DNA of 63,227 bases from Octopus bimaculoides (lineage: Eukaryota): contig NC_068982.1 in the NCBI RefSeq assembly GCF_001194135.2, forward strand, positions 67,310,353 through 67,373,579. The letters run 5' to 3'. Every line of letters begins with the position of its first letter. Position 1 is the stretch's first letter. Below, one piece after another: positions 1 to 12,955 of the stretch. Under the pieces are notes generated by a model. That model saw only the letters and a list, made by a program, of their open reading frames with translations. It was not told the origin of the DNA and did not search any database. Both the position numbers and the translations under genes were made by a program.

Positions 1-792
1 GTGCTAGTCACATTTTGTAAAGATGCTGCACAGATATATATATATATATATTAAGCTATGTTTTAGATGTCTCTGGTCTTCATTCAACAAATATCTCACC
101 TTCTAGCACTCTATATCTCCTTCTCTCTTTTCTTCTCTCTCTCCTTCTCTCTCGCAATAAATTCTTTCTTTCCTTCTGTCTTCCTTTGTTTCTTTCCTTC
201 TTTCCTTCCTTCTTTCTTTCTTTGTCTTCTACATTTATCTCAAACTCAGGGATCAGTCCAATATTGTGCTATTGTAGAAAACTAGTCATACATATCACAG
301 ACTATAATAACCTGGTTGTTATGTTGTTGGTACAAATTATTTCATCACATTTTTTCCAGACTTATGAATAATTGAGTTCCATTTTATAAATATCAGTGCA
401 TTTGAATATGTGTCTGTGCATATATATTTATATATGCGTGCATGTATGTATATGTGTGTACATATGAGAATGCATGTGTGGCTATATGTGTGTGTGCTGA
501 TAGTTTCATGTCTACGCATGGTAATTTTGTTTTTCTCGCATATATTTTTAATGTGTATATGCTGTGAGCACTACAGACAAGCAGCAAGTTTTCACAAGCT
601 GGCCTGATGACTCAGTTTCAATTCCAAGTTGAAGCTGTTTTCTTTCACCTATGCCACATCATTCAATTTGCATTATTTTTCCATTCAGAGGTTTTATGCC
701 AGTGTGTGAATGTGTATTTTGTGTTGTATACTTCACATGTCAATATTTGTTGATATTTATATATTTTATTTCATTATTACTAACTGCTTACT

Positions 793-829
<37 letters not shown>

Positions 830-1141
830 TTATATTATTCTGTTATTTTGTTATTTTACAACTTTGTTCTGCCCTTAGATACGTTCGTTAGCTTTTGCCT
901 GAAGCTTAATGCTCTGGCACCTCCCTGATAACAATGATCTTGGTTTTAAAGCACACGAAACCATGAAGATGTCTTGGAAGCCAAGTGATGAGAAAAATCT
1001 GCTGCAGATGTTCCCTGTATCATGCTATTGTGTTTCCTTTCCATCTGTTGTGTTTTTGACTCCCTTTTCTGTCTGTTATGTTTTCACTCTGTTTTCATCT
1101 ACATTTTCCCTTCGTTGTGTTCTTTCTATTTAACCTTTGGA

Positions 1142-1264
<123 letters not shown>

Positions 1265-1382
1265 GCTTCAGTTGAAATTAGGTACTTAAGTTGAAGCATC
1301 AAGTCAGTCCAGTATTATCCTCACAGCTCAAAGTAAAGTGAATAAAATCAAAATAAGCAACAGGATATCAAGAAATGATGCA

Positions 1383-1465
1383 GTGCGACCATTTCAAGCG
1401 GCTCTATTTTATTGAACAATGCAATCATTACATCAATTTAAATGCAGAGCTATCATCAGCTGCAC
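1383..1465 (-). ncRNA. Degenerate type I hammerhead-like motif
   Basis: Minus strand reads GTGC-ag-CTGATGA-ta-GCTCT-[40 nt]-AGAGC-cgctt-GAAA-tg-GTC-GCAC. Both core boxes, a helix II stem and helix I complementarity are present, but spacing is irregular. Confidence 0.4.
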
Positions 1466-2659
1466 AAATAAATAGAATTTTAATCAGTTGAACACATTAA
1501 TATAATTTTTCTCAAATACTTTAACAGAGCAAGAAAATAGAAGAAATCCATGTTGCCGCTATAGTAGCTAAGAACAGACTACACTTCCAAGAAAGGCATG
1601 AAGCCCACTGGGGTCATAGCTTGTAAAGGATTGTGGTTCATTTCTAATTTATTTGTCTTTTTATCAACTACTAAATCTAAGACTAGAGGACTGTGTCTAT
1701 TTGGAATGAAGGGCAAGAGTGAGTTGACAGTTCATAGCTAGGTGTGGTCATAAATATTGTCAAGACATTAGGAGTAGCAAATTGGGTATAGAGTAATTGT
1801 CTATAAAAGGAGGCTGGGTAGTGGAAGACCCTAAATCGTGATGTTAATTACCAGTTAAAGGGGCATGGTGCTAATAAAACCTATGATGTTAATACAAAGG
1901 AAATTTTTATCATGGAGTACTACAGGTGATTGTTTATAATCAATAGTGTTATGTTGTATAAAAATAAAATCTAAGATTATCAAAAATGATGTCATAACCA
2001 AAATAGGTAAAATGTGTGTATATATCAATTTTCAACATTAAAAAGGAAAGATTACATAGAATCAGTTTAATATTCATTCATGTACTTAATTATTTACTTA
2101 TTAGGTGGTTTCTATAAAGACTGATCAGGGCATTTACTCATGGAATACTGGATAGATAAACATGCTATCTATATATTGAGTATAAGCCAAGAATCAGAAA
2201 AAATAAAGATGTGTACAAATACACATACATATTTATCTATGTGCACACATGCACACATATACAAATATTTATACGTTCATATGGATATAGTATAACCATC
2301 TCGCATAGACTTAAGTAACTGAAAAGTATCTATTGATGAACAAGAAAACAACAATTTATAAGGGATAAAAGGTTAATAGGTTATGCACATATATGCATAT
2401 ATACACATATACAAATATTTATACGTTTGTATGGATATAGTATAACCATCTCACATAGAGCTAGCTGAAAAATCTCTATTTAAGAACAGTAACAACTTAT
2501 AAGGGATAAGAGGTTAATAGGTAAGGATATCAAAGTAAGAAAGCAAAATAATAAGAATTTATAGAAGATAATATGAAATATGTATAACCTAGATTTAAAG
2601 TGATAGAGTATTAAAATTTGAGGTAAGGAAGAGATAAAGGTAACCCAAAAAGAGGAGGT

Positions 2660-2924
2660 GTGGAGGCACATGGCTTAGTGGTTAGGGTGTCAGCATCATG
2701 ATCGTAAGATTGTGGTTTCGATTCCTGGACCGGGTGACGAGTTGTGTACTTGAGCAAAACACTTCATTTCACATTGTTCCAGTCCACTCAGCTGGCAAAA
2801 ATGAGTAATGCTGCGATGGACTGGCGCCCCATCCAGCTGGGAAACACATATGCCATTGAAACCGGGAAACCGGGCCCATGAGCCTGGCTAGGCCTTAAAA
2901 GGGTGCGTTTATTTATTTATTATT
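2660..2924 (+). mobile_element. tRNA-derived CORE-like SINE (family B), full length with TSD
   Basis: A-box TGGCTTAGTGG and B-box GGTTTCGATTCC, CORE-like CTTGAGCAAAACACTT, (TTTA)n tail, and a 13-bp TSD AAAAAGAGGAGGT at 2647-2659 and 2925-2937. Confidence 0.9.
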
Positions 2925-3379
2925 AAAAAGAGGAGGTAGTAGGTATGGGTGTAGTGAGGGCAGTTAGAGGTATTCAGACCAAAGAAATTTTGTAAGTTAC
3001 TATGTTATAGGTGCTATTACATATATGATTTTATAGTTTCTAGGGGTATATCATTAGGAGACTTACATAAAAGCCATTACAAGAATACATAATATGATCA
3101 GTAGGGTAGAACATCATAGAAAGGAAAAGATAGCTTAATCACCAAAAATATGATAAAGTCAGACTAACTAGGCAGGAGTTTTCATGGGATAGTAATTACA
3201 TATAGTACACCACATACCATAACATATAACTTATAACATATGTAATGCAATTTAATTCAGCATATAACACAATATCCCATGATTTTATCATATTTAATAC
3301 TGGGGGTAAGTTTACAATGGATACAACACCAAAATTAATTTCCACCATCAAAGTTCAAGTATGACACCTATAATCGCTA

Positions 3380-3772
3380 ATTTCAAAAATACTTAAATGT
3401 ATGGGTGACGCTATGCACACATGATACCCTTAGGACTAATCTATTATTAATCAGGTTGTTCTTGTCCCTATACTTAAAAATCTCACAAGTTTCCATAGAG
3501 CACATATTGACTATCTCTATAAGGCTGTGCATTCCGTATTATATCCCATTTAAGGCTAAATTTGTTCCCACTTTCCTTCAGTTCCCAAATCTTTCTAGAT
3601 AAGGATGTACAATTGGTTTTATGTTTGAATCTAAAAGATGAAAAATGGTTATTGATACGTTTTTTCATATTTATCAAACATCCTGTATATATAAAGTTAC
3701 CAGCCTCAGTTATGATTGTACATTTATAAATCACGCTTTGGATTAAACATCGGCCTAATAACAGACAGTGGG
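3380..3772 (-). mobile_element. Penelope-like element, GIY-YIG endonuclease C-terminal remnant
   Basis: Translation GRCLIQSVIYKC..IYTGCLINMKKRINNHFSSFRFKHKTNCTSLSRKIWELKE..FSLKWDI, followed by a frameshifted continuation ending LINNRLVLRVSCVH. This fits the PLE GIY-YIG pattern. Confidence 0.85.
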
Positions 3773-3829
3773 GTTTAACTCTACAATTGCAACCAGAAGC
3801 ATTAAAGTCTTGATATTCCGATTATTGTT

Positions 3830-4140
3830 ATTATTATTGAGTGAGAAAGCAGTACATGCCATCAAAGTGACACTGCAACTCATATTCTCACTGAATAACG
3901 TCAGTTGGGTGGAGAAAGTCTGCAAGATGTTATGCAAGCCTTATTGGACCAAAAATTTTAGGCTGTGCAATCGCTGGCGAGTGCAACTTTCCAATGCCTG
4001 GTTGAGCAGGAGGGTGCCACTGTGAACACAGAATCCACAGGCACAAACTCAGGTGAAGTTGACCGCAGGTGCAATAACTTGATGCATGGGCATTGATGGC
4101 ATTTTGCATGAGCAATGGTCAGTGATGGTTTTTCTCACCT
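3830..4140 (-). mobile_element. Probable LINE 3' fragment
   Basis: Stop-interrupted Cys/His-containing frame (VCACGFCVH..ESCTRQRLHS) ending at a (TAA)n-like tail. Clade not assigned. Confidence 0.4.
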
Positions 4141-5489
4141 GCTAGTGGACAGTTGTCATCATCATCATCCTTATCATGTATGTTTATGTGTGAGCATATT
4201 GTATGTACATAGGTATGCAATCACTTGTATCCAATGTTTAGAATAGGTATACTGTATCCTAGTAAGAGGTAAAAGAATTGCTGTCAGGAAGGACACTGCT
4301 TTAAAATGCTCTTAAGTCAGTCGGCTTCTGTGCCATATGTCTGCTCCAACAGAGACAACCGAAACCTCTCAGCAACCCCAGTAAGATACAGACACAACAG
4401 GGGAACTCTGTGGGGTTGTCTGACATGCCAGAAATAACAACCAAGACTCTCTCAACTTAACCTTTGAAAAGGAACACATTGGATAATGTAGACCGTGAAA
4501 CGCAACACCTGGGTAAAGATGAGACAATCACAGATGGTGAATTGGCTGCATTGTTATAATATTGGATAGAATGCCTCATGTTCCAACTCTCCACCCTCTG
4601 AGTTCAAATCCCATTAAAGTCAACTTTTCTTTTTATTCTTTTAGGGTTGATTAAGAAATACCAATCCAAGATGGTGGATTGATGAAACTGGAAGAATGCC
4701 AGACCAATTGCTTTGTGGTATTTGTTCCAGCTCTTTGGGTTCTGAGTTCAAATTCTTCCATAGCTTACTTGGGCAGCAGACTTAACCTATCACTTGGTTT
4801 AATAACACTACCTGATATCTTAGATGTCTTTAGCTGAGTTTAATCTCTCACAAGAATTCAGACCCAGTTTGCAGCTTGAAGATTACCTTCCTCCTACCCA
4901 CCTACCAGTCTTGAAAGCTTTGCAAAGGGTCACAGGCACTGTCTTTCTACTTGACCAAAAGATAAAAGATAATTTTATCCAGTTATGGTTGATGCGGCAT
5001 ATATAGGTGGTCCTCATCTGAGCTTTGTATTATTCTAGCAGTAATTATTTCTCACTTTGGCATTAGATCAGACATTTGGAGGAAGTTGTGTAGAGAATTT
5101 AATCAATTTTGACTACTACTATCTTATTTATGCTGGAAGGATGACAAACAGAGTTAACTTTGGCTGGATTTAGACACATAATATAGAGATATAATTAAAT
5201 GCTACAAATCAAATAGTGCAACACTAACATTTTTGCTACTCAACAACCCTTGATTAAAACATTGCTGATTTCTTTCATTGACACAAATCAATTTGTAGTA
5301 AAGGAATATAGTTGATTGACTGGATCCCACTACAAGTCTAGTACTTATTTTACAAACCAAAATTTAATCTCAGACCATAAAAAGACTAAATTAAGTACTT
5401 ATAGGCATTTTGTCTTATGCACCAACATGTCTGCTAGTTCTTCAGTCAGTTGATTCTATAATCAAAAACAATTATTTCTAATATAAATT

Positions 5490-5705
5490 TCAGTTTCACA
5501 TTTTGGCACAAGGCCAGCAATTTCAGGGGAGGGGTAAGTTGATTATATCAGCTTCAGTGCTGAACTGGTATTTATTTTATCAACCCTGAAGGGATGAAAA
5601 GTAAAGTCAACCCCCAGTAGAATTTGAACTCAAAACAAAGAGTCAGACAAAATGCTGTTAAGCATTTTGTCCAGTATGCTAATGATTCTACCAGCATGCT
5701 GCCCT
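5490..5705 (-). mobile_element. SINE family A (Nin/Deu-like central domain)
   Basis: Matches about 20 other copies in the window (core GAGTTCAAATT..GTCGACTTTGCCTTTCATCC..GATAAAATAAGTACCAG). Domain name is from recall. Confidence 0.8.
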
Positions 5706-6109
5706 GTTTCTAATATTAATATTAATAATGATTTTTAACCTTTGATGATGGTATCTAACAGTTTAACAACAATGATGTTATAATGGAAATTGTTTTAATA
5801 ATAAAAATCATTGACGAATTACAATTCTAAATTGCAATTCTATAATGACTAAGTAATCATAATTTCTTTTAACTAGGCATGAAGTCATTTTGTAATGAAG
5901 TGGAATCATTGATTCAGCCATGAACTGGTTCATAATTTATCAACATTAGTGGATTAAAAGATAAAATGACACCCCACAGAATCTAAATATGAAAGGGTGA
6001 AACACAAAATTGTATCTTATAAAATATGCTGTAATCTGCTAATATTTTAAACTAATTCTCCCACACATGACTTGGAAATAACTGAAAAGTTATGTTCATA
6101 TAAAGAAAG

Positions 6110-6362
6110 CATATGACCTAATAATTAGGATGTTGCACTCATGAGCACGGGGTCAATGTTTTCGATTCCCAGACAACATGGTGTGCTATGTTCTTGAGCA
6201 AAACACTTCATTTTACATTGCTCCAATGCACTCGGCTGTAAATGAGTAACCTTATATTAATTGGCATCCCATTTAGGGGTAAATATTGTGATCGCAGTTA
6301 CTTATATGTCATGGAAACCTGGTAACTGGCTCCATGATTAGTCGGACTCAAGAGAGTAATTA
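6110..6362 (+). mobile_element. CORE-like SINE (family B), diverged
   Basis: TTCGATTCCC B-box and TTCTTGAGCAAAACACTTCATTT, shared with 2660-2924. Confidence 0.75.
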
Positions 6363-6497
6363 ACAGGTGTTGATAATGATCCATACAGAACTATTTTATT
6401 TAATAACATACATACAAATTATACATTTTATATCTTTTTGTGCATACATTGCATACACTAATGCATACGTTTTCACTATTTTCATAAAGGATGAGAT

Positions 6498-6645
6498 TCA
6501 TCATCATCATCGTTTAACGTCCGCTTTCCATGCTAGCATGGGTTGGACAATTTGACTGAGGACTGGTGAACCAGATGGTTACACCAGGCTCCAATCTGAT
6601 CTGGCAGAGTTTCTACAGCTGGATGCCCTTCCTAACGCCAACCAG
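6498..6645 (-). mobile_element. SINE family C 3' part with (GAT)n tail
   Basis: Near-identical to 20487-20630 and 34700-34850. Confidence 0.85.
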
Positions 6646-7029
6646 ACCAATATAATTTTAAATGTTTACTAAAGTCCAGTATTTGAAGCAAAAATTTAAT
6701 AATACTACTATCATGATTACTGAAAATGCTTTTTAATATGTTGTATAAATAAATTATCTCACCAATCAAGAAGATCAATATTTACAGTGACTATATTAAA
6801 GATTTTGAATTTGTAACAGTTGAGTTGTAGGTTTAATTACACATTATGGCAAAATTTTCAGAGGCACAACTTTAGTGTAACACAGAGAATCTCCCTAATT
6901 CCATTTGTCACTATAGTGACAGTTTTCTGTCACAACATGTCTCAGCCCATAAACCAGGCAATATTTAGTTTTCTTTACAGTTTAGACTAAGCTGGGTGAT
7001 AGAAATAGCAGTTGAGTAATACTACTTCC

Positions 7030-7466
7030 AAAATTTGGTGCTAGGCCATCAATTTCAGGGTCAGGGATAAGTTGATTACATCAACCCCAGTACTCAACTT
7101 CTATTTATTCTATCAACCCCAAAAGGATGAAAGGTAAAGCTAACCTCAGCGGAATTTGAACTCAGAAAATAAAGATGGACTGAATGATGCTAAGCATATT
7201 GTTTGGTGTGTTAATGAATTTGCCAGTTCACCACCTTACAACTGAATAATATTGGTTTAAAATTTTGGCACAAGACCAGTAGTTTTGGGGGAGGGATTAA
7301 GTCACTTACATCAACCCCAGTACTTAACTGGTACTTATTTTAGCAACGCCAAAATGATGAAAAGCAAAATTGACCTCAGTAGAATTTGAACCCAGAACAT
7401 AAAGACACTCGAAATGCCACTAAGCATTTCACCCAGCATGCTAATGATTCTGCCAGATCACTGCCT
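7030..7466 (-). mobile_element. Two tandem SINE family A copies (7030-7238, 7255-7466)
   Basis: Two complete head-to-tail copies of the family A sequence. Confidence 0.8.
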
Positions 7467-8916
7467 TATTGGTAAGTAATATTGATGGAGTTAATGCTTA
7501 ATGTTAGCTTCTGAGATTTAAGTATTTGGGAGGAACTTGACATAAACAAGTTGTGTTTATTGTAAAATGAATTAATTATTGGATGGCTACTCAGAGTTAT
7601 ACAGATTGCATGAAGATACAGATTGCATGAAGATACAGAATGCAAGCTTTGCCAATGGATTGACAGACACAGTTAATAGTTTTGCTGATGTAAAAAGTAA
7701 AAATATTTGTCTTTGCCAAAATTGTCAAGGACAAGAGATCATTGATGAATGACATGAATGAAGTTTTTACTAGAGCAAGCTCCTCAGAGGCTATCTTAAC
7801 ACTTTATTAAAAGAGAAAAAGATTTTAGGTGTTAAAGGAGAGGATCCTTCACAATTATTTTCACTACACTCAGATATGTTGGATGTGAGAGATACAGGCT
7901 GATTTTTAGCCTGGTCTGAGAGGTTTCTTTTTGAAGTATGAAGTACACTGCTTTGTTTCTTTATATTGAAATAAATAGAGAGATAATGAGAAGATAGACA
8001 GGGAGATAAAAATATTGAGATAATAAAGGAAAATAACAAAAACAAGGGCTTTTTCAGGAAGATACTGTTTGAGAATGATTGTTGAAATACTGCACTGGAT
8101 TCCTTGTACAAATGATACATTTCTATGAACACTTAACTGATTCAGGGTATTCAGGAATCAGAAGACATTGTGTGAGATGCAATGATGCTCTAGAAACAGC
8201 AATACTAAAGAAGTAGAGAGAATTTTATGGGGACAGAGACTATGATGGCTGAATAGAGATTAGTCCAAACACCTAATTACACTTATCTCTGCTTATAACA
8301 AAAATATTGTCAGACTTTTTTTATCAATACTAATATTGAAAATTATATGTAAAATAGCAAGCTGTGTAACATATTAACAGTAATTAATATTGTGGGAAAT
8401 CAATTTTATTATTAGATTAGGTATTTAGGAAAATGGTTTAAAGGCATCTATTTTTAATTATAAATTGTTTTTAATAATACAATTTAATATCCTTGATTTG
8501 TTTAAATTTATTACAAATTAAAAATAGAAATACAATCTGGAAGTGCGAGAAACCAATTGGTTTGTGTCTAAAACAAATAATAAATTCATGATACATGAAT
8601 CAATATAGTGTTTCAATAGTTAAGTGTAGAGGTGGGGCAGAGCTAGCATAGTTGATATAGTAAGTGAAGAAATTTTGATTAATTAATGTGATAATATTAG
8701 TGATACAAACATTCATTATCTAAGTAATTAACTCTGGTCAAAAAAAAATGTTTGAGAAACAATTTCAAAATTTTAATTAATTAAAATTGATTGAATATGG
8801 AAAGGTCACTGATTTAATATTATTCGATAGGGTGTGAAGCTTGAAAATCAGGGAGTTATTCTAGGTTAAGCTCCTACTTCTTTGCATTGAGACATCACAT
8901 CTCTGGTACTTTGGAT

Positions 8917-8948
<32 letters not shown>

Positions 8949-8989
8949 TTAGTGTCCACTTTCCATGTAGTTAGAATATCTGAGAAAAG

Positions 8990-9230
8990 AATTGTAAGAT
9001 GGATTTTATGAGCAAAGCCAACCATAAGAAAACCTAGAGGCAGGCCTCAAACAAGATGGCTGGACACTATTTATAGCCTTGCTAAAGTCTCTTAAAAGGA
9101 TCTAACCAGAGATTTTGCTGATAGCTGCTTCTGATAGGACCCTTCAGAAGGCCTAGCTGAGGACTCTACCTCCATAACTCTGACAGGAATCACTGATCAA
9201 TAAAGATAGATGGATGGATGGATGGAATGC
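8990..9230 (+). mobile_element. RTE/RTEX-like LINE 3' end
   Basis: KPRGRPQTRWLDTI motif and (GATG)n tail; similar to 42040-42260. Confidence 0.65.
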
Positions 9231-9659
9231 AGTAGAGTGTGAGTTTCATGTTTAGAGGTGTGCTGACAACTCCAGATATGTTTTTGGCTAATTATATCCA
9301 TTTAGTGAATTATAAACTCTGACTATTTTATTTTCAAGTAACAAGAAAGATAACAGGTTTTCATAAATGATCTTTTTTTCTTTTGCATTTACTGAAATAG
9401 CATTATAAGAGCAATGATACTTTACATTTATGTAGTATACATTTATGTATAATAATTGTATATTATGTATATAATATAATATGTAGTACATTTACACATT
9501 ACATATTTTTGTATACAGTTTTAGTTTCTAGAAAAAGAAAACAGAAATTATTCTAAGATTTGATTAATTATAAAGAATGTTTAAAATAAAGAAAATCACT
9601 GCTAAATTTTAGGAGGTTAGAATTATTCCAAAATTCTAACATCTGTTTTTACTGAAGAA

Positions 9660-9990
9660 TTAAAGATATTGAATTATTAAAGCTATTATCTACCCAGGAA
9701 TAATAAACTGCCAGAGAAAAGGATTTGAAGCTATAGACCAATGTATATGTGTCTAGACAACTAATGGTACTCAAGCACAGCCATGACTTGGATACCACCT
9801 TATTTGTAGACATAAAAGGAGCAAACTGAAGGTCACTTAGCAGCAGACATTTCAATATAACCTGAAAACAGTCAACATTATGTGGAATGGATGTACTCAT
9901 GTCACAGGTGACTGGACCCAATGGAGGAAGCTTGCTATCCAATGTGCTGAGCAGTGCTGCAGGACCTAAATCTAAATTTAAATCTAAATA
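9660..9990 (+). mobile_element. RTE LINE 3' end, degenerate
   Basis: Frameshifted STAMTWIPP..KVT*QQTFQYNLKTVNIMW..DWTQWRKLAIQCAEQ, followed by a TAAATC-type repeat tail. Confidence 0.7.
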
Positions 9991-10049
9991 TTGGTTTGTT
10001 TGTAAAACACTTTCACAAAGACATTGATAAGCCTTTCTGCTAAAGACAT

Positions 10050-10248
10050 AAGGCTAAAAATCTGGGGGGATTACATTGATCCTCAGTACTAAACTGATAC
10101 TTATTTCATTGACCTGAATGGATAAAGTGTATGAAATGGATGACAGGCAAAGTTGTTCTTGGTAGCATTTGAACTCAGAATGTAAGGCAGGAAGAAATGT
10201 TGTTAAGCATTTCCAGCTTGCTAACAATTCTGCCAGCACACCACCTTA
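10050..10248 (-). mobile_element. SINE family A
   Basis: Family match; short AAAGACAT flanking duplication. Confidence 0.75.
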
Positions 10249-11052
10249 GACAAAGACATTAACAATGCAAAAGAAATATGGCAATTTTAAATGAAAATTG
10301 AAATTGGTTTGCAGTCTTGGCTCATTAAGAACTTACTACCAGAAGATTAGAGAGATTTAACTGAAAATTAATGCCAATTATTTCTCTAGCATGGCTTTGT
10401 GCCAATGCTAGAAATAATTATTTCTCTCTTCAGTAAACTACTGATATGGCAGGAGTAAAAATGATAAAAGGAAAGCCATAATCTCTCATATTCAAATGGC
10501 AGAACTGGAGATGTAAGAGCCACAAAAAATAATAACAGTTATAATAATAATAATGATGATAAAAAAAAAAAACTATCTTGATCCAATTGATGGAACTGTT
10601 TTAACTTATAGTTACAAAATTGAACTCAATATGTAAAATTTAAAAACGACTGCAAATTTGTTTGGAAACCAGTTTAACAGATTCATTTATATTAAGACAG
10701 TTTATATATATTTTGAATTAATTATGCAGTATTAAGCTATATCAAATAAAAAATTAAAAAATCACAAATTCAGTGTTAACAACAATCAGTCCTGTTCTAA
10801 GACATGTTAGCTCAGTTTCTCAGTTTTAAATAAACTTATGTAATAATGTTCAAAGAAGAGAGAAGCAATTGTGCATTAATGAGCCTAATGAGCTTAGATA
10901 TCTTACAACAACAGAAATATAAATTAAACAAAACTATTGGTAATATAAAGGAGAAAGTAGACTGACAAACCAGGGAAAGAGATTTTGAATAATCATCTAA
11001 GTGCAACATCTGACTTAAAACAGTTTCTTTTTAGTTCTTATTCTTATGTTCG

Positions 11053-11830
11053 TTCTTTCTTGCCTTTAACCCTCCAACGCGGAGTATAGGCCACTTATAA
11101 TTGAATTCCATGTCGCATAATTTTTCGCTTCTGTACTTATATTCTGCCATGAATGTCCCCCTGTCTCTAGTTCCTTTTGTGTTGGTCTACGCCACGAGTT
11201 CATAGGCCTACCCCTCTTTCTATATCCATCCGGATTCCACTGTAATGCACTTTTTGCTACATTTGGTGTGTCCTTTCTAATTGTGCTACCAATCCACTTC
11301 CACTTTTTCTTAAATATTTGCTCCCTAATCGAAACTTGATTCGTTCTTTGCCATAACTCCATATTGCTTATGTGTTCGGGCCATCTAATTTTAAGTATAC
11401 TACACAAGCACCTGTTGATGAATGATTGTATTTGCTTATTTGACTTAACTGTTGTTCGCCATGTCTCAGCCCCATTAAATAACACCGCTTTTACGTTAGT
11501 GCTAAAAATTCTTATTTTGTTCTTTATTGAAATTACACTTGAGCCTCCATACTTTTTTTAACAGGTGGAAAGCAGTCCTTGCCTTATTTATTCTCATTTT
11601 AATATCTTCATTGGTGCCGCCTGAGAACGTTATCTTACTACCTAAATACGTAAACTTGGCTACATCCTCTAGTTCACCAGTTTCTAATTTAATACGTTCA
11701 TTGTTTTCTTCATTAACGCACATAATTTTTGATTTGTCGCGGTTGACTTTCAATCCTAGTTTGGCAGCTATTGCTTCTAATTTTGACGTTTTATTTTGCA
11801 TTTGGCTATATGTTTGTGAAAGTAGCGCTA
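11053..11830 (-). mobile_element. 5'-truncated RTE-clade LINE with 14-bp TSD
   Basis: IALLSQ..FTYLGS..AETW..CLCSILKIRWPEHISN..KWKWIG..GRP, one frameshift, stop at 11066. TSD TATTCTTATGTTCG at 11039-11052 and 11831-11844. Confidence 0.95.
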
Positions 11831-11859
11831 TATTCTTATGTTCGCATGCACCATAATAA

Positions 11860-12170
11860 AGGATAAAGGGTAATGACCCCTTTGGTCATGAATGACCATG
11901 GGATTGCACCTACAAAGTTCCCCTCCAAGGCACAAGTCCAAGCAAGGTTGTTTATGGAAGACCAACAGTTGCCCATGCATACCAGCTTCCCCTCTCCATA
12001 CTACCAATGTTGTCCAACGGAAAGGCAAAGGCTGATACAGGTTGGCATCAGTGATGTCGCAACATATTTCTACAGCTGAGTGAATGGGAGTAACATGCAA
12101 TTAAGTGTCTTGCTCAAAAACACAGCACACAACCCAGTCACAATCAAACTCACTACCTCAATGAGCCATG
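11860..12170 (-). mobile_element. CORE-like SINE (family B variant)
   Basis: Reverse complement of 15455-15800. Confidence 0.8.
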
Positions 12171-12277
12171 TGTCATAATAAAGACTCAATAATTATGCTT
12201 ATAGTGTTGATCTTACAAAGATTCTGAAGAAAACATTTATAGAAATAATCATAGAATTGACCTGTAACTCTGGATGT

Positions 12278-12955
12278 CTTAACACTTTTGATAATAACCT
12301 GTCTAAGACTATCACTGGTCTGTAATATAGACTTCTTGTTTTAAAGTGATCTAACCTTTCAGCATTTAAACCAACCATATCTGGCCCATATTTTCTACTT
12401 GATCTATGTTCAAACCAACCGGCTCTGGCCTTTCACACCTACTCTATAATCTCATTCTAAAAATAAACAATCACATCATCAAAACTGCAAAGTTACAGGA
12501 TAATGCATGATTAATTCAAAACAATGTGAATAAATAAACACTACAGTTAACAGAGTAATCTGAATGCTAAAGTCTTAAATAAAGATCTTTCATCAATATT
12601 TCATGTCTTTTATCCATTTTAGCTACGTGGCTATGGTCATTTTAGAGTATCATTCTGCTAATTTATTTTCCAAATGTCACTGATTAAATTCTTATATTCT
12701 AACATGCAGACACTGAATTTATTTGTATTATGTCATATGAAATGTAGAGAATTCCAGAAAGTACCTCAGTATCAAAAATGAGTTAACCCGGTTCCCATAT
12801 CTGAAATGCACATGCATAGAACAAAGTTAATAATGACAAAATTGTTACTGAATTATTCATTATTTTCAAAATTGATTGAAACAAGGGTAGCATTACCATA
12901 TTTCAACAGAAATATGACAAACAAAACAGTTAAATTATGTCTGAAGGGTTAAGCC
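12278..12955 (-). mobile_element. Nested TTAA-flanked MITEs (piggyBac-like)
   Basis: A copy of the about 230-bp CCCTTTAGCATT family (about 12350-12575) sits inside a second element with TTAAC.. and ..AAGGGTTAA ends. Confidence 0.55.

Noticed and set aside
600-640. Plus-strand CTGATGA followed by a weak stem, a possible hammerhead
   Set aside because: No intact GAAA box (TGAAGC) and no identifiable helix I or III; too degenerate to call.
909-1133. 74-aa ORF MLWHLPDNNDLGFKAHETMK
   Set aside because: No recognisable domain or splice sites; probably an old repeat or LINE 3' remnant.
2660-2730. tRNA gene calls for A/B-box sequences here and at 15455, 32378 and 57194
   Set aside because: No complete cloverleaf; each continues into a SINE body and tail, two with clear TSDs.
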